From Macrostomum lignano (lineage: Eukaryota): DNA of 64,000 nt. Each line of letters starts with the position of its first letter. Positions within the stretch are counted from its first letter, which is position 1. Where the stretch lies: NCBI GenBank assembly GCA_002269645.1, contig NIVC01001166.1, positions 186,001 through 250,000 on the forward strand, in the 5' to 3' direction. Below the pieces are notes generated by a model, which did not search any database, was not told the origin of the DNA, and saw nothing but the letters and a program-made list of their open reading frames with translations. Positions 1-11,800 of this stretch are shown piece after piece. The translations under genes were made by a program, and so were the position numbers.

Positions 1-830
1 TGGGCTTAGATCCAATATCTAGGGGTCTAGATCCTGTCTCTATGGGCTTAGATCCAATATCTAGGGGTTTAGATCCTGTCTCTATGGGCTTAGATCCGAT
101 ATCTAGGGGTCTAGATCCTGTCTCTATGGGCTTAGATCCAATATCTAGGGATCTAGATCCTGTCTCTATGGGCTTAGATCCAATATCTAGGGGTCTAGAT
201 CCTGTCTCTATGGGCTTAGATCCAATATCTAGTGGTCTAGATCCTGTCTCTATGGGCTTAGATCCAATATCTAGGGGTCTAGATCCTGTCTCTATGGGCT
301 TAGATCCAATATCTAGTGGTCTAGATCCTGTCTCTATGGGCTTAGATCCAATATCTAGGGATCTAGATCCTGTCTCTATGGGCTTAGATCCAATATCTAG
401 GGGTCTAGATCCTGTCTCTATGGGCTTAGATCCAATATCTAGGGGTCTAGATCCTGTCTCTATGGGCTTAGATCCAATATCTAGGGGTCTAGATCCTGTC
501 TCCATGGGCTTAGATCCAATATCTAGGGGTCTAGATCCTGTCTCTATGGGCTTAGATCCAATATCTAGGGGTCTAGATCCTGTCTCTATGGGCTTAGATC
601 CAATATCTAGGGGTCTAGATCCTGTCTCCATGGGCTTAGATCCAATATCTAGGGGTCTAGATCCTGTCTCTATGGGCTTAGATCCAATATCTAGGGGTCT
701 AGATCCTGTCTCTATGGGCTTAGATCCAATATCTAGGGGTCTAGACTCTAGATCCTGTCTCTATGGGCTTAGATCCAATATCTAGGGGTCTAGATCCTGT
801 CTCTATGGGTTAAGATCCAATACCTATAGG
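1..830. repeat. 42-bp minisatellite (intron upstream of the first Pax exon seen)
   Basis: Unit TGGGCTTAGATCCAATATCTAGGGGTCTAGATCCTGTCTCTA, about 19 near-identical copies. Confidence 0.98.
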
Positions 831-917
831 AATAGATCCTGTTTCTAGAGCTTTAGATTAAACTGAATGTATCTAGGGATTCAGATCTCTAAATTTCCAG
901 AGTTCAGAGATTCACAC

Positions 918-1085
918 TCAGTAATCTAGAGATTCACACTCTGTAATCTAGAGATTCACACTCTGTAATCTAGAGATTCACACTCTGTAATCTAGAGATT
1001 CACACTCTGTAATCTAGAGATTCACACTCTGTAATCTAGAGATTCACACTCTGTAATCTAGAGATTCACGCTCAGTATCTAGGGA
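918..1085. repeat. 22-bp minisatellite
   Basis: Unit TCTAGAGATTCACACTCTGTAA, about 7 copies. Confidence 0.95.
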
Positions 1086-1186
1086 TTCACACTCGATCTC
1101 CACAGACTATTTCCGACTCTAACTGCCTATTTATCTGATTCGGGCAATTCAGGGAAGATTATCCCATGCTCCCTTCACTCCTGCAG

Positions 1187-4100
1187 GCCACGGTGGCGTC
1201 AACCAGCTCGGCGGTGCCTTCGTGAACGGCCGTCCTCTGCCCGACGGCGTCCGCAGCCAGATTGTGCAGCTGGCGCAGCGGGGGGTCCGGCCCTGCGACA
1301 TCAGCCGGCGCCTGCGGGTCAGCCACGGATGCGTGTCGAAAATTCTCGGCCGGTGAGAAGCTTTATTGGCTGCGCGGAAATTGGCGCGATAATGCACGCT
1401 GTGGCTACTTGTAGTAGGGGAAATGCGTCGGCTTGATTGTTTTTTGAGATCATTACAGGGGAAATTGTACAAAAAGCAGCAGGAAAAGCGGTTGTTAAAA
1501 GTTTAGATGAAACTGCAGTTGAGGTGCAGGCTGAGCTGTAGATTAATCTTGAAAAGTTAGGTAGTACTGAAAATAGAACTGTACGGACACTTGTGTACAG
1601 ATAAGTGAGCAGAAGAATCAGTAGATAGATCAGTATGGATCAGTAGATAGATCAGTAGATAGATAAGTAGATAGATCAGTAGATAGATCGACAGATCGGC
1701 AGATAGATCGGTAAATAAATCGGTAGATAGATCAGTAGATATCTCAATAATAGATCGGTAAATCGATGAGTAGATAGATGAGTAGATAGATGAGTAGATA
1801 GATATGAGTAGATAGATGAGTAGATAGATGAGTAGATAGATATGAGTAAATAGATATGAGTAGATAGATGAGTAGATAGATGAGTAGATGATAGATCAGT
1901 AGATATCTCAATAATAGATCGGTAAATAGATGAGTAAATAGATGAGTAGATAGATGAGTAGATAGATGAGTAGATAGATGAGTAGATAGATGAGTAGATA
2001 GATGAGTAGATAGATATGAGTAGATAGATGAGTAGATAGATGAGTATAGATAGATGAGAAGATAGATGAGTAGATAGATGAGTAGATAGATGAGTAGATA
2101 GATGAGTAGATAGATCAGCAGGTTCACCGAACCAATTTCTATGAAACCACTCGCAGATTCTACGAAACCGGCAGCGTCCGCCCAGGGGTGATCGGCGGCT
2201 CCAAGCCGAAGGTGGCCACCCCGGCCGTGGTGGCGGCCATCTGCCGCTACAAGGCGGACAATCCGACCATGTTCGCCTGGGAAATCCGCGACCTCCTGCT
2301 GGCCGAGGGCGTCTGCGACCGCGGCTCGGCCCCCTCCGTGTCGTCCATCAACCGCATCGTGCGCAGTCGGGCGTCGATCGCCGTGGCGGCGGCCTCCGCT
2401 GCTGCGTCCGGCGGCGAAGAGTCTCCGGTGGACATTGTCGTCGCTGAGGATGAGCCCGCCGCAGTTAGGGGTGAGTCCGTCCGAACTCTGAGCAGGCGGA
2501 GGGCTTCCTCTAAGCTAGAAGCACGTCGTCTGACCTCACCTGGGGGGAGGGCCTGAGTAGCTCTTGATTATGACTAACGAGAGATTCCAGCCCAAAGACC
2601 CTGAGAAAGTCAAGGGCTGCTGTACACCTTGAGTGCTCATACACTCGTACATTAGTTAGTTAGTTTGGATTCCCCAATTCAAAATCGCAGGCTCCGACAA
2701 GGTCGCCACTGGCGGGCAGAGGTCCGACGCTTGCAGCGATGTGGGCGACTATTTTCAGGTGAGAATGAAAAATTTTCGGTTGTTTCGGCTACTGTAAGTA
2801 GCGTGGAAGCGAATTTAATGTACGAGCTATAATTATCGCTTGTTATTCTCAATTAATTCTTTCACCTGCGTCCCGAACTCGCAGTGGCTGGAGATGTCCA
2901 AGCGGTCTGGAAGGCAGCAGCAGCAGCAGCAGCAGCACTCAATCGAAATGCCGCCGACGGCTCAGCAGCCGAAAGACGTCACCTGCAATGGTGAGTGCTG
3001 GGGGTTCTGTATCCGAAGCACTGTGAAGGTTAGTCACGGTTTGAGCGAGAGTCAGACTCAGTAGTAGCAGCGGTCCACTGAAGGACTGGAGGGTGGCAGA
3101 AGCCCACTGAAATATTTTCTATAAAAAACTACGAGTGAAAATAAAAATAATTTAAAGCCGATATGTATCGAAAAAAATAAAACTCTGTCCTGCTGCCGCA
3201 TTTCCAGGCCGCAGCGGCAAGAAGCAACAGGGCGCAATTTCCGACGGCAGCAGAGTTCCGGTCTCAGTTCGGCCGCTCGAGAGCTTCCACAGTTGCTATG
3301 CAGCCCAGCAGCCCCTGCCGCATCCGCAGCAGGAGCAGCAATTTCACCCGGAGCAGTTTGGAGTCGCTTTTTACGAGTCCAGCAGCCAACAAAAGCAGCT
3401 GGAAGCGGCCTGGCTGACTCACCAGCACTACTCTGCTCAGCATCCGGGAGTACTGGACTGTGAGTACGCTGGGCTGGGAGGACGAATTGTACTTTAGAAG
3501 TAGATTGAGATAGGATGGATGCTTAAGAAGTAGATTGAGATTGGGTGATTAAGTAGACTCAGATGGATTATTGAGAAGTAGACTGAGATGGATGCTTGAG
3601 AAGTAGACTGAGATGGATGCTTGAGAGGCAGATTGATATAGGATAGATGCTTGAGAGGCAGATTGATATAGGATAGATGCTTGAGAGGTAGATTGAGATA
3701 GGATGGATGCTTGAGAGGTAGATTGAGATAGGATGGATGCTTGAGAAGTAGACTGAGATGGATGCTTGAGAGGCAGATTGATATAGGATAGATGCTTGAG
3801 AGGTAGATTGAGATAGGATGGATGCTTGAGAAGTAGACTGAGATGGATGCTTGAGAGGCAGATTGATATAGGATAGATGCTTGAGAAGTAGACTGAGATA
3901 GATGCTTAAGATGGACCGAACTTTAGACCTGAGAAGTAGATAAGTAGATAAGCCAGAGATTCAGACCTTAAAAGTAGATAAGTAGATAAGCCAAAGATGC
4001 ACGGACCTGAGAAGTAGATAAGCCAGAGATTCAGACCTTAAAAGTAGATAAGTAGATAAGCCAAAGATGCACAGACTTGAGAAGTAGATAAGCGAGAGAT

Positions 4101-4352
4101 TCAGACCTGAGAAGTAGAATGTAGATAAGCCAGAGATTCAGGCCTGAGAGGTAGATAAGCGAGGGATTCAGACCTGAGAAGTAGACAATCCAAAGATTCA
4201 GACCTGAGAAGTAGATAAGCGAGAGATTCAGGCCTGAGAAGTAGATAAGCCAACAAAAAGCAGCTAAGAAACTCCAATCAAACCCCCCCCCCACAGTGCC
4301 GCTGCCACCCCAGACGCCAGCGTTCTGCATCAACAGCCTCAACCGGAGCTGA
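1187..4352 (+). CDS. Pax2/5/8: Paired-box transcription factor, Pax2/5/8 class (5' partial). Exons 1187-1352, 2157-2470, 2691-2758, 2885-2990, 3208-3459, 4297-4352
   Basis: The spliced translation gives a full paired domain: [56 protein letters not shown]|[22 protein letters not shown]...[16 protein letters not shown]...[11 protein letters not shown]. Paired-box intron positions match Pax2/5/8. All junctions are GT-AG and phase-compatible, with TGA at 4350-4352. The 3' exons are less certain. Confidence 0.9.
1610..2115. repeat. GATA-type 12-bp repeat in a Pax intron
   Basis: (GATGAGTAGATA)n with degenerate flanks. Confidence 0.95.
3495..4255. repeat. Two adjacent 25-30-bp minisatellites in the last Pax intron
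   Basis: GAGAAGTAGACTGAGATGGATGCTT / GAGAGGCAGATTGATATAGGATAGATGCTT (3495-3910), then GAGATTCAGACCTGAGAAGTAGATAAGCC-type units (3925-4255). Confidence 0.9.
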
Positions 4353-5394
4353 AGGAGTTGGTGGAATTCGCTCAAGGAAGCTGCGACTCTCCAGTTACCA
4401 GCTGTCAAAAACTTGTTTAACTGATTTAACAATACCAAACTCTGAAAGCTCATCATTCAGTCTAAATTGAGTGTTTAAATTAAAAGCACATTCTGTACTA
4501 TTACATATTATAGCCCCACCGCACGTACTTTAACCGCTGTTAACAATAAACAAAAAGTTTAATGAACAGATTTTAAACTTATTATTCGACTTATTTACTT
4601 CAATTCTCGAGGGCCGTAGTACACATACTACTGCTTAATCAGTAGCATAAATAAGAACAATTGTAACAAGCATACAAACTTATGCATGTGGGAGTATGAG
4701 CTGTGAATGAAATTGTATAAATAATAATAATAATTTAGCCAATGTATTTAAAGGCAGTAATAAAGGACACACAGCTTGTATACGGCGAGTTTGTAAAAAT
4801 AATAATCACTTAAAAAAACAGAAAAGAATTAGGCGTGCAAAAAGTTCGAGCAGGGACAATTGTTTTTTATCTGGACGGCTATTAAATTATAAGTTTCCCT
4901 ACAAAATTACGTTAATTTTGCTTACTCGCTACTGAGAGTAACACAGTTCAGGCAGAAACAAGAGGAAAACAATTGGACGGGCGGTTGGTTGCACGTCGCG
5001 CACATGCCGCACAGATAGGAATGTCGAAACGTGTCAAACGTTATAATAACAAAAAGCACAAATAGAATTAGTGACAAAATTCAATTCAAAACCAAAGAAT
5101 CTCGAGTGCTGGATTTTATAAAAAAACTGACACAAGATTACTGCCATATCCAAATATACTCTAGCTGCAAAATTTTCACCGATCGGTGAAGTTTCAGCGA
5201 CAATAACCAATTGCTTCATATTTTTACGAGCATTACAATTATTTTTGATCAATATTAATTGCAATTATCGATTGATTAATTTTAAATAAAACTGTCGATT
5301 TATTAATCTAATTCACAATTATTGATAGATTATTTTAATTATAAATAAAATTATTAATTGATTCATATCGATTACTAATCTTAACTACAATTAT

Positions 5395-5640
5395 AGATAT
5401 ATTAATCGTAATAGAAATTATCAATTTGTTAATCCTAATCACAATTATCGATTTCTTAACATTAATTATAATTATCGATTTCTTAACATTAATCACAATT
5501 ATCGATTTCTTAACATTATTCACAATTATCGATTTCTTAACATTAATCACAATTATCGATTTCCTAATATTAATCGTAATTATCGATTTCGTAGTCCTAA
5601 TTAAAATTATCGATTGACTAATCTGAATTAAAATTACCAA
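5395..5640. repeat. AT-rich 27-bp repeat between the convergent Pax and TCHP genes
   Basis: Unit TAATCACAATTATCGATTTCTTAACAT. A perfect 18-bp palindrome ATTTATCGATCGATAAAT lies nearby at 5663-5680. Confidence 0.85.
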
Positions 5641-5810
5641 TCAGCAATTGAGTTTTAACTTCATTTATCGATCGATAAATGTTTCCAGCAGGAGAAACAA
5701 AGGCCAGATTCACAGAACTTGCACTATTCACACAAAATACAGTTCAGCTCCCCCGACCCGAAAATCAAGCACAACAAACAGGCCATCGCTAAGGCAAACG
5801 CGCCAAATTC

Positions 5811-8800
5811 TCAGAAGCGCCGCTCTCCGCGCACAATCTGGCGCGCAGTCGGCGGCTGCCTGGCGCTCAACGCCGCCTGCTGTCGCGCCGTTGCCCGTTC
5901 GCCGCGCAGCCTCTCGGCCTCATCAGCCAGCAGGCGCTCGTAGGCCTCCTCGGCTTGCCGCTCCTCGCTCAGCTCGGCCTGCCGGCGCAGCCGCTCCGCC
6001 GCCTCCACGGCCGCGCGCTCCCGCCGCTGCTCGTCCAGCTCCGCCCGCCTGGCCGCTGCCGCCTCCGCCTCATCCGCCTCCGCCCGCGCCGTGGCCGCAG
6101 CCGCCTCCTCGACGTCGCGGAGCAGCTCCTCGCGCTCGCGGAGATTCTCCGCCTGGGCCTGCCTGGCCGCCTGCAGCTGCCGCTCCACTTGGCTCTCCCG
6201 CTCGGCCAGCACCTCCGATAGCAGGCGCGCCCGCGCCTCCGCCTCGCGCTGCCACTCGGCCTGGCGCCGGTCCCATTCTCGCGCGGCCTCGTCGGCGAAC
6301 AGCGCATCGAGCTCGGCCTCCCTGGCGCGCTCCCGGCGCAGCTGCTCCTCCACCAGCTGGCGCGCCTCGACCGCCTCCTGGCGCTGCCGGTCGCGCCGCT
6401 CCGTGGCCGCCTGCCGCTCGTCGGCCTCGCGCTCTTCAAGCGCGGCCAGCAGCTTCAGATCCTCGCGCAGGTCGGCCTGCACCTGCTGCGACTTCCTGGC
6501 CAGGGCGGCCTTGTGCTGCCGGAGCAGCGCCCGGCCGTGCTCGGATTTCCGCCGCTGCTCCTCGGCCGCCCGGCGCCGGCTGTCCAGCGCGGCCACGCGG
6601 TCCAGCTCCTCCGCCAGCCGCCGCTCCTCGGCCGCCAGCCGCTCCTGTTCGGCCGCCCGGCGACGGATTGCCGCCATCTGGGCCTCGAGCTCGCGCCGGC
6701 GCTTCAGCTCGGCCTCGAGTCGGTCCGCCTCCTCGGTTCGGGCGCGCAGCTCCGCTTCCAGAGCCTGCCGGCGGCCCGCCTCCGCCCACGCGTCCGACTC
6801 GCGACGCTCGGCGGCGGTGGCCTCTTGGCGCTCCGCCACCTGGTCGGACCAGCCTTCCACCGCCTCCTCGCGGGCGAGCTCGGCGGCCACCTCCCTCAGC
6901 CGGGGATTGTTCTGCCTGAAGTGCTCGTACTGCAGCCGCTCGGCCTCCTCCGAGCGGACCTGCTCTCGGGCGCTGCGCAGCGAGTCAATTCGATCTCGCA
7001 TGGTGTCCAGCCGCCCAGAGTTCTCCAGGCTGAGCGTCTCCACCTCCGCCTGCGGGGCCGCGGGTTCGACAACATTAGATGTTGACATTCTCAGATACTG
7101 ACGTCCTCAGACACTGACACTCTGAGATACTGACACCCCCAGACAATGACACCCTCAGATACTGACATCCTCAGATACTGACATCATCAGACACTGACAC
7201 CCTCAGATACTGACATTCTCAGATACTGACATCTTCAGATACTGACATCCTCAGATACTGACATCCTCAGATACTGACATCCTCAGATACTGACATCCTC
7301 AGACACTGACACCCTCAGATACTGACATCCTCAAATACTGACATCTTCAGATACTGACATCCTCAGATACTGACATCCTCAGATACTGACACTCAGATAC
7401 TGACACCCTCAGATACTGACACCCTCAGATACTGACATCCTCAGATACTGACACTCCCAGAGACTTACACCCTGAGATACTGACATCCTCAGACACTGAC
7501 ACCCTCAGATACTGACACCCTCAGATACTGACACCCTCAGATACTGGCACTCCCAGATACTGACACCCTCAGATACTGACATCCTCAGACACTGACACCC
7601 TCAGATACTGACACCCTCAGATACTGGCACTCCCAGATACTGACACCCTCAGATACTGACACCCTCAGATACTGACACCCTCAGATACTGACACCCTCAG
7701 ATACTGGCACTCCCAGATACTGACACCCCCAGATACTGGCATTCCCAGATACTGACACATTCAGATACTGACACCCTCAGACACTGACACCCTCAGATAC
7801 TGACACCCTCAGATACTGACACCCTCAGATACTGACATCCTCAGATATTGACACCCTCAGATACTGGCACTCCCAGATACTTACACCCTGAGATACTGAC
7901 ATCCTCAGACACTGACACCCTCAGATACTGACATCCTCAGATACTGACATCCTCAGATACTGGCACTCCCAGATACTTACACCCTCAGATACTGACATCC
8001 TCAGATACCGACATCCTCAGATACCGACATCCTCAGACACTGACACTCCCAGTTACTGACACCCTCAGATACTGACATCCTCAGATACTGACACCCTCAG
8101 ATACTGACACCCTCAGATACTGACATCCTCAGATACTGACACCCTCAGATACTGGCACTCCCAGATACTGACACCCTCAGATACTGGCACTCCCAGATAC
8201 TGACACACTCAGATGCCAGAACCAGAACCAGAATTTGAACAGAGGAACATGATAGTAAAATGCTTTCACCAAATTCAAGCACGCGCAAGCCCCCAAGAGA
8301 AAGAAGAGAATCAAAGAGAATGCATTACAGGATCGGTCGGATGTCAAGAAAGGTCACAAAGAATATTCAATTAGAGAATGACCTATAAAAGATGTATGCT
8401 ATTCAAGAGCGTCTATACATACAGAATCTAGATTGAAACCTGTTAGGTGCAACTGGAAGTAGGCCCAGTAAGAAGCGCCATCTCACCTGGAAGTATTTCC
8501 GTTCAGCCTCCAGCAGGCGAGCCAGCCGCAGGCGCCGCTGCTCCAGCTTGCGCTGCCTGGCCTCTTTGTCCTTGTCGGCCCGGAATGCGTTCATGCTGAA
8601 TGGGGGAGGCGGTGAGCGGCGCTGCGAGTCTGCTGGCTGACTGATATCTGCCCTGTCTGCTGACTGATATCTGCCCTGTCTGCTGGCTGATATCTGCCCT
8701 GTCTGCTGGCTGATATCTGCCCTGTCTGCTGACTGATATCTGCCCTGTCTACTGACTGACATCTGCCCTGTCTACTGGCTGATATCTGCCATGTCTACTG

Positions 8801-11800
8801 GCTGATATCTGCCCTGTCTACTGGCTGATATCTGCCCTGTCTACTGGCTGATATCTGCCATGTCTACTGGCTGATATCTGCCCTGTCTGCTGACTGATAT
8901 CTGCCCTGTCTACTGACTGACATCTGCCATGTCTACTGGCTGATATCTGCCATGTCTACTGGCTGATATCTGCCCTGTCTACTGGCTGATATCTGCCATG
9001 TCTACTGGCTGATATCTGCCATGTCTACTGGCTGATATCTGCCCTGTCTACTGGCTGATATCTGCCATGTCTACTGGCTGATATCTGCCATGTCTACTGG
9101 CTGATATCTGCCCTGTCTACTGACTGATATCTGCCCTGTCTACTGGCTGATATCTGCCCTGTCTACTGGCTGATATCTGCCATGTCTACTGACTGATATC
9201 TGCCCTGTCTACTGACTGATATCTGCCCTGTCTACTGACTGATATCTGCCATGTCTGCTGACTGATATCTGCCATGTCTACTGACTGATATCTGCCATGT
9301 CTGCTGACTGATATCTGCCCTGTCTACTGACTGATATCTGCCATGTCTACTGGCTGATATCTGCCCTGTCTGCTGACTGATATCTGCCCTGTCTACTGAC
9401 TGACATCTGCCATGTCTACTGGCTGATATCTGCCATGTCTACTGGCTGATATCTGCCCTGTCTACTGGCTGATATCTGCCATGTCTACTGGCTGATATCT
9501 GCCCTGTCTACTGGCTGATATCTGCCCTGTCTACTGACTGATATCTGCCCTGTCTACTGGCTGATATCTGCCCTGTCTACTGGCTGATATCTGCCATGTC
9601 TGCTGACTGATATCTGCCCTGTCTACTGACTGATATCTGCCATGTCTACTGACTGATATCTGCCATGTCTGCTGACTGATATCTGCCATGTCTACTGACT
9701 GATATCTGCCATGTCTGCTGACTGATATCTGCCCTGTCTACTGACTGATATCTGCCATGTCTACTGACTGATATCTGCCATGTCTGCTGACTGATATCTG
9801 CCCTGTCTACTGACTGATATCTGCCATGTCTGCTGACTGATATCTGCCATGTCTGCTGACTGATATCTGCCCTGTCTACTGACTGATATCTGCCATGTCT
9901 ACTGGCTGATATCTGCCATGTCTGCTGACTGATATCTGCCCTGTCTACTGGCTGACATCTGCCCTGTCTACTGGCTGATATCTGCCCTGTCTACTGGCTG
10001 ATATCTGCCCTGTCTACTGGCTGATATCTGCCATGTCTACTGGCTGATATCTGCCCTGTCTGCTGACTGATATCTGCCCTGTCTACTGGCTGATATCTGC
10101 CCTGTCTACTGACTGATATCTGCCCTGTCTACTGACTGATATCTGCCATGTCTACTGGCTGATATCTGCCCTGTCTGCTGACTGATATCTGCCCTGTCTA
10201 CTGACTGACATCTGCCCTGTCTACTAGCTGATATCTGCCATGTCTACTGGCTGATATCTGCCCTGTCTACTGGCTGATATCTGCCCTGTCTACTGGCTGA
10301 TATCTGCCATGTCTACTGGCTGATATCTGCCCTGTCTACTGACTGACATCTGCCATGTCTACTGGCTGATATCTGCCATGTCTACTGGCTGATATCTGCC
10401 CTGTCTACTGGCTGATATCTGCCATGTCTACTGGCTGATATCTGCCCTGTCTACTGGCTGATATCTGCCCTGTCTACTGACTGATATCTGCCCTGTCTAC
10501 TGGCTGATATCTGCCCTGTCTACTGGCTGATATCTGCCATGTCTACTGACTGATATCTGCCCTGTCTACTGGCTGATATCTGCCATGTCTGCTGACTGAT
10601 ATCTGCCATGTCTACTGACTGATATCTGCCATGTCTGCTGACTGATATCTGCCCTGTCTACTGACTGATATCTGCCATGTCTACTGACTGATATCTGCCA
10701 TGTCTGCTGACTGATATCTGCCCTGTCTACTGACTGATATCTGCCATGTCTGCTGACTGATATCTGCCATGTCTGCTGACTGATATCTGCCCTGTCTACT
10801 GACTGATATCTGCCATGTCTACTGGCTGATATCTGCCATGTCTGCTGACTGATATCTGCCCTGTCTACTGGCTGATATCTGCCATGTCTGCTGACTGATA
10901 TCTGCCATGTCTGCTGACTGATATCTGCCCTGTCTACTGACTGACATCTGCCCTGTCTACTGGCTGATATCTGCCATGTCTACTGGCTGATATCTGCCCT
11001 GTCTACTGGCTGATATCTGCCCTGTCTACTGGCTGATATCTGCCATGTCTACTGGCTGATATCTGCCCTGTCTGCTGACTGATATCTGCCCTGTCTACTG
11101 ACTGACATCTGCCATGTCTACTGGCTGATATCTGCCATGTCTACTGGCTGATATCTGCCCTGTCTACTGGCTGATATCTGCCATGTCTACTGGCTGATAT
11201 CTGCCCTGTCTACTGGCTGATATCTGCCCTGTCTACTGACTGATATCTGCCCTGTCTACTGGCTGATATCTGCCCTGTCTACTGGCTGATATCTGCCATG
11301 TCTGCTGACTGATATCTGCCCTGTCTACTGACTGATATCTGCCATGTCTACTGACTGATATCTGCCATGTCTGCTGACTGATATCTGCCATGTCTACTGA
11401 CTGATATCTGCCATGTCTGCTGACTGATATCTGCCCTGTCTACTGACTGATATCTGCCATGTCTACTGACTGATATCTGCCATGTCTGCTGACTGATATC
11501 TGCCCTGTCTACTGACTGATATCTGCCATGTCTGCTGACTGATATCTGCCATGTCTGCTGACTGATATCTGCCCTGTCTACTGACTGATATCTGCCATGT
11601 CTACTGGCTGATATCTGCCATGTCTGCTGACTGATATCTGCCCTGTCTACTGGCTGACATCTGCCCTGTCTACTGGCTGATATCTGCCCTGTCTACTGGC
11701 TGATATCTGCCCTGTCTACTGGCTGATATCTGCCCTGTCTACTGGCTGATATCTGCTCTGTCTACTGGCTGATATCTGCTTTGTTTACTGACTGATATCT

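Noticed and set aside
42-785. Long repetitive ORFs over satellites (also 1744-2127, 12176-12931, 15613-16367, 39201-39602, 40409-41403, 51241-51936, 56126-56734, 61120-62832, 63415-63822)
   Set aside because: They are translations of stop-free tandem units lying in introns or intergenic DNA, often open in several frames, with no splice or homology support.
5648-7101. Long alternative-frame and antisense ORFs over TCHP, PELP1, GLS, FRG1, SART3, PUS7 and LARP7 exons
   Set aside because: Expected shadow ORFs of very GC-rich coding sequence; the products are low-complexity Ala/Arg/Pro with no domain motifs.
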